Shown one piece after another: positions 1 to 9,199 of a stretch of 64,000 nt of DNA. Below the pieces are notes generated by a model, which saw only the letters and a list, made by a program, of their open reading frames with translations, was not told where the DNA came from and made no database searches. The stretch is from Abditibacterium sp. (GTDB lineage Bacteria > Armatimonadota > Abditibacteriia > Abditibacteriales > Abditibacteriaceae): NCBI GenBank assembly GCA_965246885.1, contig OZ251992.1:1440001-1504000 (forward strand). The letters run 5' to 3'. Both the position numbers and the translations under genes were made by a program. Positions within the stretch are counted from its first letter, which is position 1. Each line of letters begins with the position of its first letter.

Positions 1-375
1 CTTCTCGGAGCGCGCCTGCGCGTCGCTTTGCAAGTGTTCGGCGTGCGCTTTGGCTTCGGCGACTTGACGCTCGGCGAGCGCCTTGCTTTCGCCGATAGTG
101 CGGTCGGCACGCGTGCGGGCCTCGTTGACCACGCGCTCGGCTTCGCGTTCGGCGGTGTCGATGAGGCGGTCGGCTTCGGTTTGCGCGCTTTTGACGACGG
201 CTTCGGCCTTGCGCATCAGGTCTTCGGCTTCCTTCATGGACTTAGGAAGGGCCGAGCGCAGTTGCTGTATCTTGGTGTAGAACTCGTCTTCGTTGATGAC
301 TTTCTTGCCCAAGAAGCCGCCTTTGGAGTTTTCTACCAGTTGTTCGAGTTCGTCAATAATGCGGAGAACGTTCAT
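1..375 (-). CDS. Coiled-coil protein of the rsmD/coaD neighbourhood (DivIVA/ATP synthase b-like), 3' end beyond window
   Basis: Manual translation from ATG at 375: MNVLRIIDELEQLVENSKGGFLGKKVINEDEFYTKIQQLRSALPKSMKEAEDLMRKAE...; open to the window edge; directly downstream of rsmD. Confidence 0.75.
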   Translation of the reverse strand, partial: MNVLRIIDELEQLVENSKGGFLGKKVINEDEFYTKIQQLRSALPKSMKEAEDLMRKAEAVVKSAQTEADRLIDTAEREAERVVNEARTRADRTIGESKALAERQVAEAKAHAEHLQSDAQARSEK

Positions 376-398
376 AAGAGTGCCTGATTGGAATAAGA

Positions 399-998
399 CT
401 ACCCGTCGTCGCCCGACGGGGTGGATGAGTGCAAAGCGAAAAACGACAGGCCGGACTCCCCCGCTTTTTTGAAGCGCAAGAGCCGCCAATGGCTCAGTTC
501 GGGTAGCTCTACCCGAATCGAGTGCTGAATTACGACCATCGGCCCGCGAAATTCGTCTAATTCATTATGGAACAAACCGGGGCAAGCGTCTATTCTCTTG
601 GCAATTTCGCCAGCCTCAAGGGGATGCGTAAACGGCGGGTCGGCGAACACAATGTCAAAGCGCTCGCCCTTCTCGGCCAGCTTTTCGGGCGCCGGTCGCG
701 CGTTGGCGGCCCAAACTTGCGTTTGGGCCTTGAGTTTAAGCGCGAGCAGGTTCTCTTTTAAGGGTTTGACCGCCCGAAAATCGTCCTCGACAAACACGCA
801 AAACTTTGCGCCCCGCGACAGCGCTTCGATGCCGACGGAACCCGACCCGGCGTAAAGGTCAAGAAAGCGCGCGCCCACCACCCGCTCGCCGAGCGAATTA
901 AACAGCATCTCGCGCGTGCGTCCGTCCGTTGGCCGCGTCGCGGGGCCGGGAGGAGCCAGCAACGTGCGCCCACGCAACGTTCCGCCTTCGATTCTCAT
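399..998 (-). CDS. rsmD: 16S rRNA (guanine966-N2) methyltransferase
   Basis: MRIEGG..RGR.L, TRPT, LDLYAGSGSVGIEALSRGA and DPPF motifs. Confidence 0.93.
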   Translation of the reverse strand: MRIEGGTLRGRTLLAPPGPATRPTDGRTREMLFNSLGERVVGARFLDLYAGSGSVGIEALSRGAKFCVFVEDDFRAVKPLKENLLALKLKAQTQVWAANARPAPEKLAEKGERFDIVFADPPFTHPLEAGEIAKRIDACPGLFHNELDEFRGPMVVIQHSIRVELPELSHWRLLRFKKAGESGLSFFALHSSTPSGDDG

Positions 999-1125
999 GC
1001 TTCAAGTATTCAAGAGGCTGGCTCACACCGGAGATTGGAAGGGCGAGGTCGCCCCACCGCGACGAGTTGGCTGAAGCGGGGCAACCGCACCCTTCCAATC
1101 TATAAGCCTTTTCGCTCTGGCGCTG

Positions 1126-1355
1126 TTAGGTCATCTCCGATGGCGTCCTTTTGCGGTGATCAGCGTTAGCGACGATGCGTGCTCGCACATTTGGCCATGA
1201 ATCGCCTTGTAACGGGTTGGCATCCGATAACGCGACCCGGCGGCCCAATTCGTCGGCATCGGTTTGCTCCATCTCATACGCGGCTATCTCTGCCGCGAGT
1301 TCCGCCGCTTGTTCGGGGGGAGGTTGTCTTCCTCCTCATCTAACATCTCGGTCAT
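1126..1355 (-). pseudogene. Possible frameshifted addiction-module (antitoxin-like) component
   Basis: MTEMLDEEEDNL.. breaks at a G6 run (1315-1320); the adjacent frame continues EQAAELAAEIAAYEMEQTDADELGRRVALSDANPLQGDSWPNVRARI..*, resembling the ELxRR...GxSWxxVxAR C-terminus of addiction-module components. Confidence 0.4.
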
Positions 1356-1385
1356 AACCGACAGTTTAGAAGGCCGCGCAACACT

Positions 1386-1619
1386 TCAATCCCGCAAAAG
1401 CGACCCCGCCAACGCGCGCCGTTCTTCGCGCGTTAGCGAATGGGCGCGCTGCGAAATGTCACGCTTTTCGCGCTCCTGCCAGCCTTTGAGTTGCGCCCGC
1501 AACTTGTGGAGGCGGGTGTAGAACTCGTCCTCGTTGATGAGTCGCTTGCCCAAAAAGCCTCCTTTGGAATTGTCTACCGATTGTTCCAGTTCGTCTATTG
1601 CTTGAAAAACGTCGTCCAT
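1386..1619 (-). CDS. Small protein, paralogue of the N-terminus of the 1..375 gene
   Basis: MDDVFQAIDELEQSVDNSKGGFLGKRLINEDEFY is near-identical to the 1..375 N-terminus; ATG 2 nt after the upstream stop. Confidence 0.65.
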   Translation of the reverse strand: MDDVFQAIDELEQSVDNSKGGFLGKRLINEDEFYTRLHKLRAQLKGWQEREKRDISQRAHSLTREERRALAGSLLRD

Positions 1620-1621
1620 CG

Positions 1622-3790
1622 CTAAACCGCCTCCACCCGCCCGACGGCGTTTTCCGTCAGGGCCGCGAACCACTTCCCGTCGGGCGAGACGAGCGGGAAC
1701 CACCAAGCGGTTGGGCGGTAGTTGGTGGCGCGCAGCGTTTCACTGGCCCGAAGCGCGTCGCGCACAAGGTACAGGCGCTCCAATTCGGCGCGGTTTTCGA
1801 GGTCGTCGCGCAGGGCACGCAACTGCTGGATTTCCGGGCTTGACTGCGCTTCCAACTGCGCCTGCAAACGCCCGTGAGCGCGGCGCTTCAGGTCGCGCGA
1901 AAGGGAGCGCGCGGCGGTGATGGCCTCGTCAAAGGCGCGGTGCTCCGGCAGAAGTCTCTCGATGCGCGCTTGCAAAATCTCGATTTCCGCCACGTCCAGT
2001 TGGTCGAGTTTCGCGTGCGCTTCTCGCTCCATCTTCGAGAGTTTGCGCGGGCGCCCCTCTTCGTCCAAGGGGTTGATACGGGTGGAGGCGGCCTCCTTCA
2101 AATCGAATATCAGCGCGCGAAATGGAGCGATGCGCGCCCGAAAGAAGGCGCCTTTTTCTCGTTCGAGGGCGACGGCGCGGCTGGTTTCCTCTTTGGCGCG
2201 CGCGCGCAACCCCGCCACTTCTCCTGCGATGGCGGCGGCGCGGCTGTGACCAATGCGGAGCGCACCCAACGCCCCGACGTAGGCCTGCTCGCGCTCGCGC
2301 CATTGATTCCCGGAAAGCTCGGCGAGGGTCTTCATTAGCTCGCGCGGCGCGCGGGCCTCACGCAACTGGGCGCGGCTTTGGTCGGACTTTTCCGCGATTT
2401 GGCGCCAACAGCGCGCGAGTTCGCGCGCTGAAATCGTAGTCGTTCCAAACGCGCTCGCCAAGTGTTCCGGCAACGTAAAGCGCGCTTCGACCTCGCTCAG
2501 GGCGTCCCACGCCGACAGCTGGAGGCGCAGCATTGGGTGCAAGGAAAGCTCAACGCCTGCCGCGCGGAGAGATTCGTTCATGGCGTGCGTGCGGCTGGTG
2601 TAAGCGCTGGCTTTCTCGTGAAAAACGAAAATATATTCCGCGCTCAGCATCGAAATCAGCGAGACCGCTTTGCCCACGACCGCCACGCCGTCGCCGTACT
2701 TAGAGCGCAGCAGCGCGGCCAATTGCGCGACGGATTCGATGTGGCAACTCTGGCACAACTGCGTTTCCGGCTCGGTTTCGATGGACACGGTATCGTCAAA
2801 TACCCTCAGAGTCCCGCGTCCGATGCCCGGAATCACGACATCGAAGGGAAGCGCGCCTTCGCCGAATTGATCCAGCGTGTAAATGCCCGATCCCCGCACT
2901 GCGTCGTTGTAACATCGCTTGGCGAGGTCGCGCGTGGCGGGGTTGAGGAACAAGTCCAAAAAGCGAAAGCGCGGCAGGTCGCAGTTGTCGGGCGCAAAGC
3001 GAAACAGGTCGAGCGACGCGGTCGTTTGCAAATTGTCAATCGGCCCGCCATTCAGCATCGCCCACAAGCGCGGAATCAGGTCGCGGTACAGGTCGGACAA
3101 ATTGCCATCAGGGTGCGCCGCCAAGTAGTTGTTCGTCCAACCCCACACCGAGCGCACAGCGGCGCGAGCATAACAGTCTTCGGCCTCGTCCGCTTCAAAG
3201 TCAGGGTCGCAACCGGCGCTTTGCAGAGAACTGCGAAACGCCCAGCGCAATTGCTGGCGGAGCGCGGGGGCGATTGCAGAAAGCTCAACTTCCGCCGCGA
3301 TGATCGGTTTTTCCTCGGTTTGCACGATGGCCCGCCAGAGCGGAGCTTCGGTTTCTTGGTTGCGAAGCGCCTCCAACCCCCCGAAATAAGCGCGCGCGGC
3401 CTTGCCCACAGCCACCCGCTCGCGCGCGAAATCGGCGTGCGAGGGCACGGTTTCGCCGCCAAACAACGCCGAAACTTCGCCCGCCGCGCTCCACAAGCCG
3501 CGCGTGTCGCCGTCATTGTGGCGCAGCACCACAAAGGGCGCGTCCCGAATCGTGAGACCTTCCAACTTGGCGAAATAGTCGGTGTCGTGAACGCCCGCGA
3601 CCACTTGCCCGCCTGCCGGGATGAGTCCGTCGCGTTCGAGGATGTCCAACGCGCGGCACAAGACGGCTTTGACAGGTTCGTCCCAAAACACGGTTTGGCC
3701 GAGGGTCAAAAACGGCGCGTCGGGAAAGCGCGCGCGCAGTTCGCGCACCGCCGCGACGGTTTCGGGATGAAGCGACGAAGAAGAAGTCAT
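1622..3790 (-). CDS. Large hypothetical protein with C-terminal coiled coil
   Basis: ~720-aa ORF with protein-like composition; start chosen at ATG 3790. Confidence 0.75.
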   Translation of the reverse strand: MTSSSSLHPETVAAVRELRARFPDAPFLTLGQTVFWDEPVKAVLCRALDILERDGLIPAGGQVVAGVHDTDYFAKLEGLTIRDAPFVVLRHNDGDTRGLWSAAGEVSALFGGETVPSHADFARERVAVGKAARAYFGGLEALRNQETEAPLWRAIVQTEEKPIIAAEVELSAIAPALRQQLRWAFRSSLQSAGCDPDFEADEAEDCYARAAVRSVWGWTNNYLAAHPDGNLSDLYRDLIPRLWAMLNGGPIDNLQTTASLDLFRFAPDNCDLPRFRFLDLFLNPATRDLAKRCYNDAVRGSGIYTLDQFGEGALPFDVVIPGIGRGTLRVFDDTVSIETEPETQLCQSCHIESVAQLAALLRSKYGDGVAVVGKAVSLISMLSAEYIFVFHEKASAYTSRTHAMNESLRAAGVELSLHPMLRLQLSAWDALSEVEARFTLPEHLASAFGTTTISARELARCWRQIAEKSDQSRAQLREARAPRELMKTLAELSGNQWREREQAYVGALGALRIGHSRAAAIAGEVAGLRARAKEETSRAVALEREKGAFFRARIAPFRALIFDLKEAASTRINPLDEEGRPRKLSKMEREAHAKLDQLDVAEIEILQARIERLLPEHRAFDEAITAARSLSRDLKRRAHGRLQAQLEAQSSPEIQQLRALRDDLENRAELERLYLVRDALRASETLRATNYRPTAWWFPLVSPDGKWFAALTENAVGRVEAV

Positions 3791-3899
3791 AATCGGGAAG
3801 CGCACTCAACCGCGCAAGCCAGACGCCAAAGTTGCCCGCAAGTCTCCCCGTCTCGCGGAGAGCGACAAATTGGGGAAACGCGAAATTCTCCGGGGCGCC

Positions 3900-4095
3900 G
3901 GGTCGCGCCGCCAGAAGAATTAGTTAAATGGCCGGCCATTTAGCTAATTCTTCCGCTCATTTGTACACGCCATAGGAGAAATCAGGCGCGCGGATAGAAG
4001 AATTGTACGCGCCGCCGAAAGAATTAGGTGGGTCATCGGAAGAGTGGTACAGGCCATCGACTCCCGCAGCTAACTCTTCGGCTTCCGCACATCCG
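3900..4095. repeat. Degenerate 21-nt tandem repeat array with a central palindrome
   Basis: GAAGAATTAGTTAAATGGCC-GGCCATTTAGCTAATTCTTC palindrome (~3914-3953), then 21-nt units such as CCGCCGAAAGAATTAGGTGGG. Confidence 0.6.
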
Positions 4096-4099
4096 CTTT

Positions 4100-5101
4100 T
4101 CACCCCGCGACGTGCGCCAGCAACCGCCCAACCAACGGCTCGACGATTTCTTTGCCCCGTAGCGCGTCCAGCCAGCGCGTCGGGATGGCTTCGATGCCTT
4201 CGCGCAGTCCAGCGACGCCGCCCGCGATGCAAGCGGTGGTGTCGGTGTCGTGGCCGAGCGCGACGGCGTATTTAACGACCGCTTCGTAACTTCCCTCGCG
4301 CAGCGCGTCGCGGGCCGAGCGCAAACTGTCCACGACATAGCCCGAACCGCGCCCCGGAATGTCGTCGTCGGGGCGGATGTGGAATTCGAGTTCGTTTTGT
4401 GCGTTTTCGTGGGAGAAGCGGTCTTTTTGGGCGGCCAGTTCCGGTGATAAGTCGAGCCTGTAGGCGGCCATGTTTCTCCAGAACGCTAACAAGGCGCGCA
4501 GTTGCGCGGTGGCGCTTTGCCATGCCGCTTCGGAATCCTGACCTTGCCCGATGTAGCGTGCCCACAGGCAGTAGAGGGCGCAGCACAGTTGAGAGCGGAG
4601 GTGTCCGTGCGTGACACGCGACTGAACCATAGCGTCGCTAGCGAGGAAGAAGTCGTCGCCGCGATGCCACAGTGCAAGGGGAAGCACGCGCATTAGGGAG
4701 CCGTTGCCGTTGCTCATGTCGTCGTCCGGCCCCGCGTATAGGGCGGGCGTGCCACTGAGGTAGCGGCGGATGGCGGCGGAAGTGGTGATGCCGATGTCGA
4801 AAACGTGGCCGTCAACGGCGTAGTCGCCCTCGGACTGCCACCCGGCGATTTTGCTCGCCAAGTCGGACGGGATTAGTGCGTTGCAGGTGAGAAGCGAGTC
4901 GAGCAGGGCCAAAGCCTGCGCGCCGTCGTCCGACCACGTGCCATCCGGGACGAGGTGCGCGCGACTCCAGCCAACGGGTGGCGTCATTTCCAACTCGGCG
5001 CGTGGCGGCAAGCGGTCGGGCGCGTTGAACTCGTAGGGAACGCCCAGAGCGTCGCCGACAAGCAGGCCATACACGGCGCCGCGCAGTTGGGATTGGGTCA
5101 T
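4100..5101 (-). CDS. ADP-ribosylglycohydrolase family protein
   Basis: GLLVGDALGVPYEF, GTWSDD, NGNGSLMR and GHDTDTTACIAG motifs. Confidence 0.92.
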   Translation of the reverse strand: MTQSQLRGAVYGLLVGDALGVPYEFNAPDRLPPRAELEMTPPVGWSRAHLVPDGTWSDDGAQALALLDSLLTCNALIPSDLASKIAGWQSEGDYAVDGHVFDIGITTSAAIRRYLSGTPALYAGPDDDMSNGNGSLMRVLPLALWHRGDDFFLASDAMVQSRVTHGHLRSQLCCALYCLWARYIGQGQDSEAAWQSATAQLRALLAFWRNMAAYRLDLSPELAAQKDRFSHENAQNELEFHIRPDDDIPGRGSGYVVDSLRSARDALREGSYEAVVKYAVALGHDTDTTACIAGGVAGLREGIEAIPTRWLDALRGKEIVEPLVGRLLAHVAG

Positions 5102-5175
5102 GGTGAGAGTGTCGCCTGCGCGGGGTGTTCGGACAAGAAGGGGCATAAAAAGGGGCGCAAATATGGCGCGCAACT

Positions 5176-5184
5176 TGGTATCCT
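5176..5184 (+). promoter_or_regulatory. Putative extended -10 promoter of the thrC-like operon
   Basis: TGgTATCCT about 120 nt upstream of the TTG start. Confidence 0.35.
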
Positions 5185-5302
5185 CTTTCTGCCGCCCAAT
5201 TTTCGTCGTCGCTCAAAGGTGCCGCAAGGCAAAGGGAGCGCCGGGGGAAAACCCCAATCGGCGGCGCGTGCCAGCCTCCAACTGGAACGAAAGGAACACG
5301 CT

Positions 5303-6631
5303 TTGACTCAATCTGCACTTCTGGATTTGCCCGCGACCAAATCCAACGGCCTCAACGGGGCCGCCAAACACCCGTCGCGCTTGCTGGGCCTCAAATGTAA
5401 AGAGTGCGGCGCGCAGTCCGAAATCGCGCCCCACCACGTTTGCGAATTGTGCTTTGGCCCGCTCGAAGTCGCCTACGACTACGCCGAAATTGCCCGTCAA
5501 ACTTCGCGCGAAAAGATCGCGCGCGGCCCGTTCTCGATGTGGCGTTACCAAGACTTTTTGCCCGTCGAAGGCACGCCGCAAGTGGATCTGAACGCCGGTT
5601 TCACCCCGCTTCTGCGCTGCGACAACTTGGGCAAGTTGCTCGGCATCCGCAACCTCTACATCAAGAACGATACCGCCAACCCGACGTGGAGTTTCAAAGA
5701 CCGCGTCGTGTCTACGGCGTTGAGCCGCGCCGTTGAGTTCGGGTTTACCACCGCCGCTTGCGCCTCGACGGGGAACCTCGCCAACTCCGTCGCGGCGCAC
5801 GCGGCGCGCGCGGGCATGGACTGCTACGTCTTCATTCCTGCCGACTTGGAAGCCAGCAAAATCTTGAACTCGCTCGTCTACGCTCCCAAGGTCATGGCCG
5901 TTGAGGGCAACTACGACCAAGTCAACCGCTTGTGCGCCGAAGTTGCAGACCGCGTCAACCGCAACGCCGAGGGCATCCACGAAAATCGCTGGGCATTCGT
6001 CAACGTTAACCTGCGCCCTTTCTATTCGGAAGGCTCGAAGACGCTCGCTTATGAAGTCGCGGAACAACTGGGCTGGCAAGCGCCCGACCATGTGGTTATC
6101 CCCATCGCCTCCGGCTCGATGCTGACCAAGATTTACAAGGGCTTTAATGAGTGGATGGACTTAGGGCTAATCGAACGCAAGACGGTGCGCATCTCCGGCG
6201 CGCAGGCCGATGGCTGTAGTCCCGTCGCGCAAGCCTTCCGCGACAAGCAGGACTTCGTCGCCCCCGTGCGCCCGAACACCATCGCCAAGTCCTTGGCCAT
6301 TGGCAACCCCGCCGACGGCATCTACGCCAAGAGCATCGCCGAGCAAACCGGCGGCACCATTGACAGCGTGTCGGACGAGGAAGTCGTCGAGGGCATCAAA
6401 CTCTTGGCCCAGACCGAGGGCATCTTCACCGAAACGGCGGGCGGCGTCACGGTCGCCAACCTGCGCAAGATGGCGCAGTCGGGCCGCATCCGCGCTGACG
6501 AAGTGACCGTCGCTTACATCACCGGCATCGGCCTCAAAACCCAAGAAGCCATCGCCGACCACGTCGGCCAACCAATTCAAATCCGCCCCAACCTCGCTTC
6601 CTTCGAGGAAGCGTTTGGGCGTAAGCTATAA
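5303..6631 (+). CDS. thrC: Threonine synthase family PLP enzyme
   Basis: N-terminal CxxC..CxxC, NPTWSFKDR PLP lysine, ASTGNLA, EGSKT; GAAAGGAA RBS before TTG. Confidence 0.88.
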   Translation: MTQSALLDLPATKSNGLNGAAKHPSRLLGLKCKECGAQSEIAPHHVCELCFGPLEVAYDYAEIARQTSREKIARGPFSMWRYQDFLPVEGTPQVDLNAGFTPLLRCDNLGKLLGIRNLYIKNDTANPTWSFKDRVVSTALSRAVEFGFTTAACASTGNLANSVAAHAARAGMDCYVFIPADLEASKILNSLVYAPKVMAVEGNYDQVNRLCAEVADRVNRNAEGIHENRWAFVNVNLRPFYSEGSKTLAYEVAEQLGWQAPDHVVIPIASGSMLTKIYKGFNEWMDLGLIERKTVRISGAQADGCSPVAQAFRDKQDFVAPVRPNTIAKSLAIGNPADGIYAKSIAEQTGGTIDSVSDEEVVEGIKLLAQTEGIFTETAGGVTVANLRKMAQSGRIRADEVTVAYITGIGLKTQEAIADHVGQPIQIRPNLASFEEAFGRKL

Positions 6632-6646
6632 CCCACACCAAACATC

Positions 6647-7219
6647 ATGTCTGTCTTAGTTCGCATACCCACACCACTGCAAAAACTCGCGGGCGACAAA
6701 GCCGAGTTGCACGTAGACGCTACTACGCTCCGCCAAGTCGTCGAACAACTCGCCGCCCAAAACGACGAGTTCAAAACCCGATTGCTTGATGACACCGGCA
6801 ATCTGCGCCGCTTCGTCAACGTCTACGTCAACGAAGAAGACGTGCGCTTCCTGCAAAAACTCGACACGCCCCTCAAAGACGGCGACGAGGTTTCCATCGT
6901 CCCCGCCATCGCGGGCGGGAGCGCCGTTGCGACAGGCGCGGAGGTTTTGGTTCGCATTCCCGGCGTGTTGCGCTCCTCGTTCGACGGACAAATCGAGTTC
7001 CGATTGCAAGCCCAAACCCTGCGCGATGTCATCGAGCAACTCGGCGCCCAAAGCCCCAGTTTCTCCGCGCACATTCTCGATGCGAACGGGGAATTGAAAA
7101 AGCGGGATGTCGTCATCTTCGTCAACGAGGAGAACGCCCATTTTCTGCAGAAACTCGACACGCCCCTCAAGGACGGGGACGAGGTTTCGATTGTGCCCGC
7201 CGCTGCGGGAGGAGTTTGA
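6647..7219 (+). CDS. Tandem double MoaD/ThiS ubiquitin-like sulfur-carrier protein
   Basis: Two beta-grasp repeats, ending in VPAIAGG (internal) and VPAAAGGV (terminal). Confidence 0.88.
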   Translation: MSVLVRIPTPLQKLAGDKAELHVDATTLRQVVEQLAAQNDEFKTRLLDDTGNLRRFVNVYVNEEDVRFLQKLDTPLKDGDEVSIVPAIAGGSAVATGAEVLVRIPGVLRSSFDGQIEFRLQAQTLRDVIEQLGAQSPSFSAHILDANGELKKRDVVIFVNEENAHFLQKLDTPLKDGDEVSIVPAAAGGV

Positions 7220-7287
7220 ACGTGGAAATCGGAAGCCGGAACGCGGAATGGCCCCGGCGATTCTTTCCGACTTCCGGTTTCCACGTT
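7219..7287. repeat. Intra-operon imperfect inverted repeat
   Basis: AACGTGGAAATCGGAAGCCGGAA ... TTCCGACTTCCGGTTTCCACGTT. Confidence 0.7.
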
Positions 7288-7294
7288 CCGCATT

Positions 7295-7534
7295 ATGAAA
7301 GACCGTTTGCGCCTGACTTTTGAACCGGACAAAGTGGCCGCGCCCATCGTGTGCGAGGTCGCCAAGAAATTCGATGTGACGTTTTCCATCCGCCGCGCCA
7401 ACGTCGAACACACTGCCGGGTGGATGGACTTGGAACTGAGCGGCGACGACGCCGAAATCGAACGCGCCATCGCGTGGATTGAGGCGCAGGGCGTGCGCGT
7501 TTCCCCCGTCGGCGGAGACGTTGTGGCGGGGTAA
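7295..7534 (+). CDS. NIL domain protein
   Basis: 79 aa; RLTF, PIVCEVAKKFDVTFSIRRANV, GWMDLELSG, GVRV match the NIL pattern. Confidence 0.85.
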   Translation: MKDRLRLTFEPDKVAAPIVCEVAKKFDVTFSIRRANVEHTAGWMDLELSGDDAEIERAIAWIEAQGVRVSPVGGDVVAG

Positions 7535-7547
7535 GTTCCAGTTAGAA

Positions 7548-7580
7548 GAAAGGCCCGCTTCGTTTGAGGTGGGCCTTTAT
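7548..7580. terminator. Bidirectional intrinsic terminator
   Basis: AAAGGCCCGCTT-cgtttg-AGGTGGGCCTTT between convergent genes. Confidence 0.7.
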
Positions 7581-8056
7581 TCGTTCAGACCGAGCTTGGC
7601 TCCGACTTGAGGATGCTCCGCGAGCCACTGGTTTAAGTAGCGACTTGTCGCTGGGTGGATAAGAATGGGGGTTTCAAACGGGGCGTCTCCATAATAGTCT
7701 ATTGGCTTGTCGGATCTGTATATCCGGATGCCTCCACTTGTAGACCCTCCCCCCCATACGAATACGATATAGGGATATGAGGGCGCCCACGTTCGCTCTT
7801 TCGTGAGCCATAGGTGAGCAGCGATGTCCTTTCGATCTTGCGGCGTAAGTTCATAGGCAACGCCAGCATAGGCGCTGTTATGGGAAATGCCGCTACTTTG
7901 GACGGTGGCTTCCGTTGCATGGAGGAAGTTGCTACGTATCTCTAAATCTTGTGCCGTCGGCGTCGGGTTGTCCCACTTCCACCGCGCCCAACCCAGCGCC
8001 GCGCTTAGCACGACGAGCGGCAGCACGACGAGCGCCAACTTCCCGCGTTTGTTCAT
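7577..8056 (-). CDS. Hypothetical exported or membrane-anchored protein
   Basis: MNKRGKLALVVLPLVVLSAALGW signal anchor; GAAGGAGG RBS upstream. Confidence 0.7.
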   Translation of the reverse strand: MNKRGKLALVVLPLVVLSAALGWARWKWDNPTPTAQDLEIRSNFLHATEATVQSSGISHNSAYAGVAYELTPQDRKDIAAHLWLTKERTWAPSYPYIVFVWGGGSTSGGIRIYRSDKPIDYYGDAPFETPILIHPATSRYLNQWLAEHPQVGAKLGLNE

Positions 8057-8077
8057 GGGCGCAGTATCCTCCTTCGC

Positions 8078-9199
8078 ATGGATTTTGGGCGGGCGCGGCT
8101 CGATTTCAACGGCACGCGCATTGAGGGCGTGCGTCCGTTCGGAGAGTGCAAACGGGTAGCCGACTTGCGCCCGATGTTGGAAGAAGCGTTGGCGCGGTTT
8201 CCCTTGGGCGGCGCCATAGGCTTTTGGAGCTATGAGGCGGCCCGCGCTTGGGAAGGGCGCGCGTGGGCAACGAACAGGGAGACAGAAGTGCCACCGCTCC
8301 GCCTCGTGTTCTTCGAGCAACTGGTGCGTGCGCCCATTTCCCGACCGACAGCCGAAGCGCCATCTTTAATCCCCGTTCCCGACGACGCGGACGCGCGCGA
8401 CTTTTACCTCGCGGGCGTGGAGCGCATCAAACAGTTCATCGCGGCGGGCGATATTTATCAGGCGAACTTGACGCACCGCTTTGAGGTGCCGACGCCGCAC
8501 CCGCCCGCGCGGGTGTATGAGCGGTTGCGCGCGTTGGGCGAGGCGCCGCGCGGGGCGCTGTTGGAGTGGGATGACTTCGCCCTCGTTTCCAATTCGCCGG
8601 AAACCTTTCTGACGCTACGGGATGGCGTGCTGGAGTCGCGGCCTATCAAGGGCACGGTCGCGCGCGGCGCAACTCCCGCCGAGGATGAGGCGCGTAAGCG
8701 GGAGTTGCGCGCGTCGGCCAAAGACCGCGCGGAGAATGTGATGATTGTTGACCTGTTGCGCAACGATTTGGGGCGGGTGTGCGAGTTCGGCTCCATCCAT
8801 GTGCCGGAGTTGTGCGCGGTGGAGACGTTTCCGACGCTGCATCATCTGGTTTCGACGGTGCGCGGGACTCTCCGCCGCGAGTTGGACGGGCTGGATGCGT
8901 TCGTCCATGCATTTCCGTGCGGCTCGATTACTGGCGCGCCGAAGATGCGGGCGATGCAGATTCTATCGGAGTTGGAAGGCGTGTCGCGCGGCGCTTCGAT
9001 GGGAGCCATTGGCTATTTCGCGTGGCACGGCGGGCGGGTAGACGAGATGGAGTGGAGCGTCGCCATTCGCACCGCGACCATTGCGAATGGCGTCGCGCGC
9101 TTTCATGCGGGCGGGGGGATAGTCGCGGATTCGGTTGCGGAAGCGGAATTGGCCGAGATGCAACTCAAAGCGCGGGCGCTTTATTCGGCTCTGCTTTGA
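8078..9199 (+). CDS. pabB: Aminodeoxychorismate/anthranilate synthase component I family protein
   Basis: GDIYQANL, SPETFL, SRPIKGT, KDRAENVMIVDLLRNDLGR and GSITGAPK motifs. Confidence 0.85.
   Translation: MDFGRARLDFNGTRIEGVRPFGECKRVADLRPMLEEALARFPLGGAIGFWSYEAARAWEGRAWATNRETEVPPLRLVFFEQLVRAPISRPTAEAPSLIPVPDDADARDFYLAGVERIKQFIAAGDIYQANLTHRFEVPTPHPPARVYERLRALGEAPRGALLEWDDFALVSNSPETFLTLRDGVLESRPIKGTVARGATPAEDEARKRELRASAKDRAENVMIVDLLRNDLGRVCEFGSIHVPELCAVETFPTLHHLVSTVRGTLRRELDGLDAFVHAFPCGSITGAPKMRAMQILSELEGVSRGASMGAIGYFAWHGGRVDEMEWSVAIRTATIANGVARFHAGGGIVADSVAEAELAEMQLKARALYSALL

Noticed and set aside
2462..3943. 493-aa plus-strand ORF (and similar long antisense ORFs over gltB, ilvB and the NHL gene)
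   Set aside because: Antisense shadows of real high-GC genes, with no recognisable motifs
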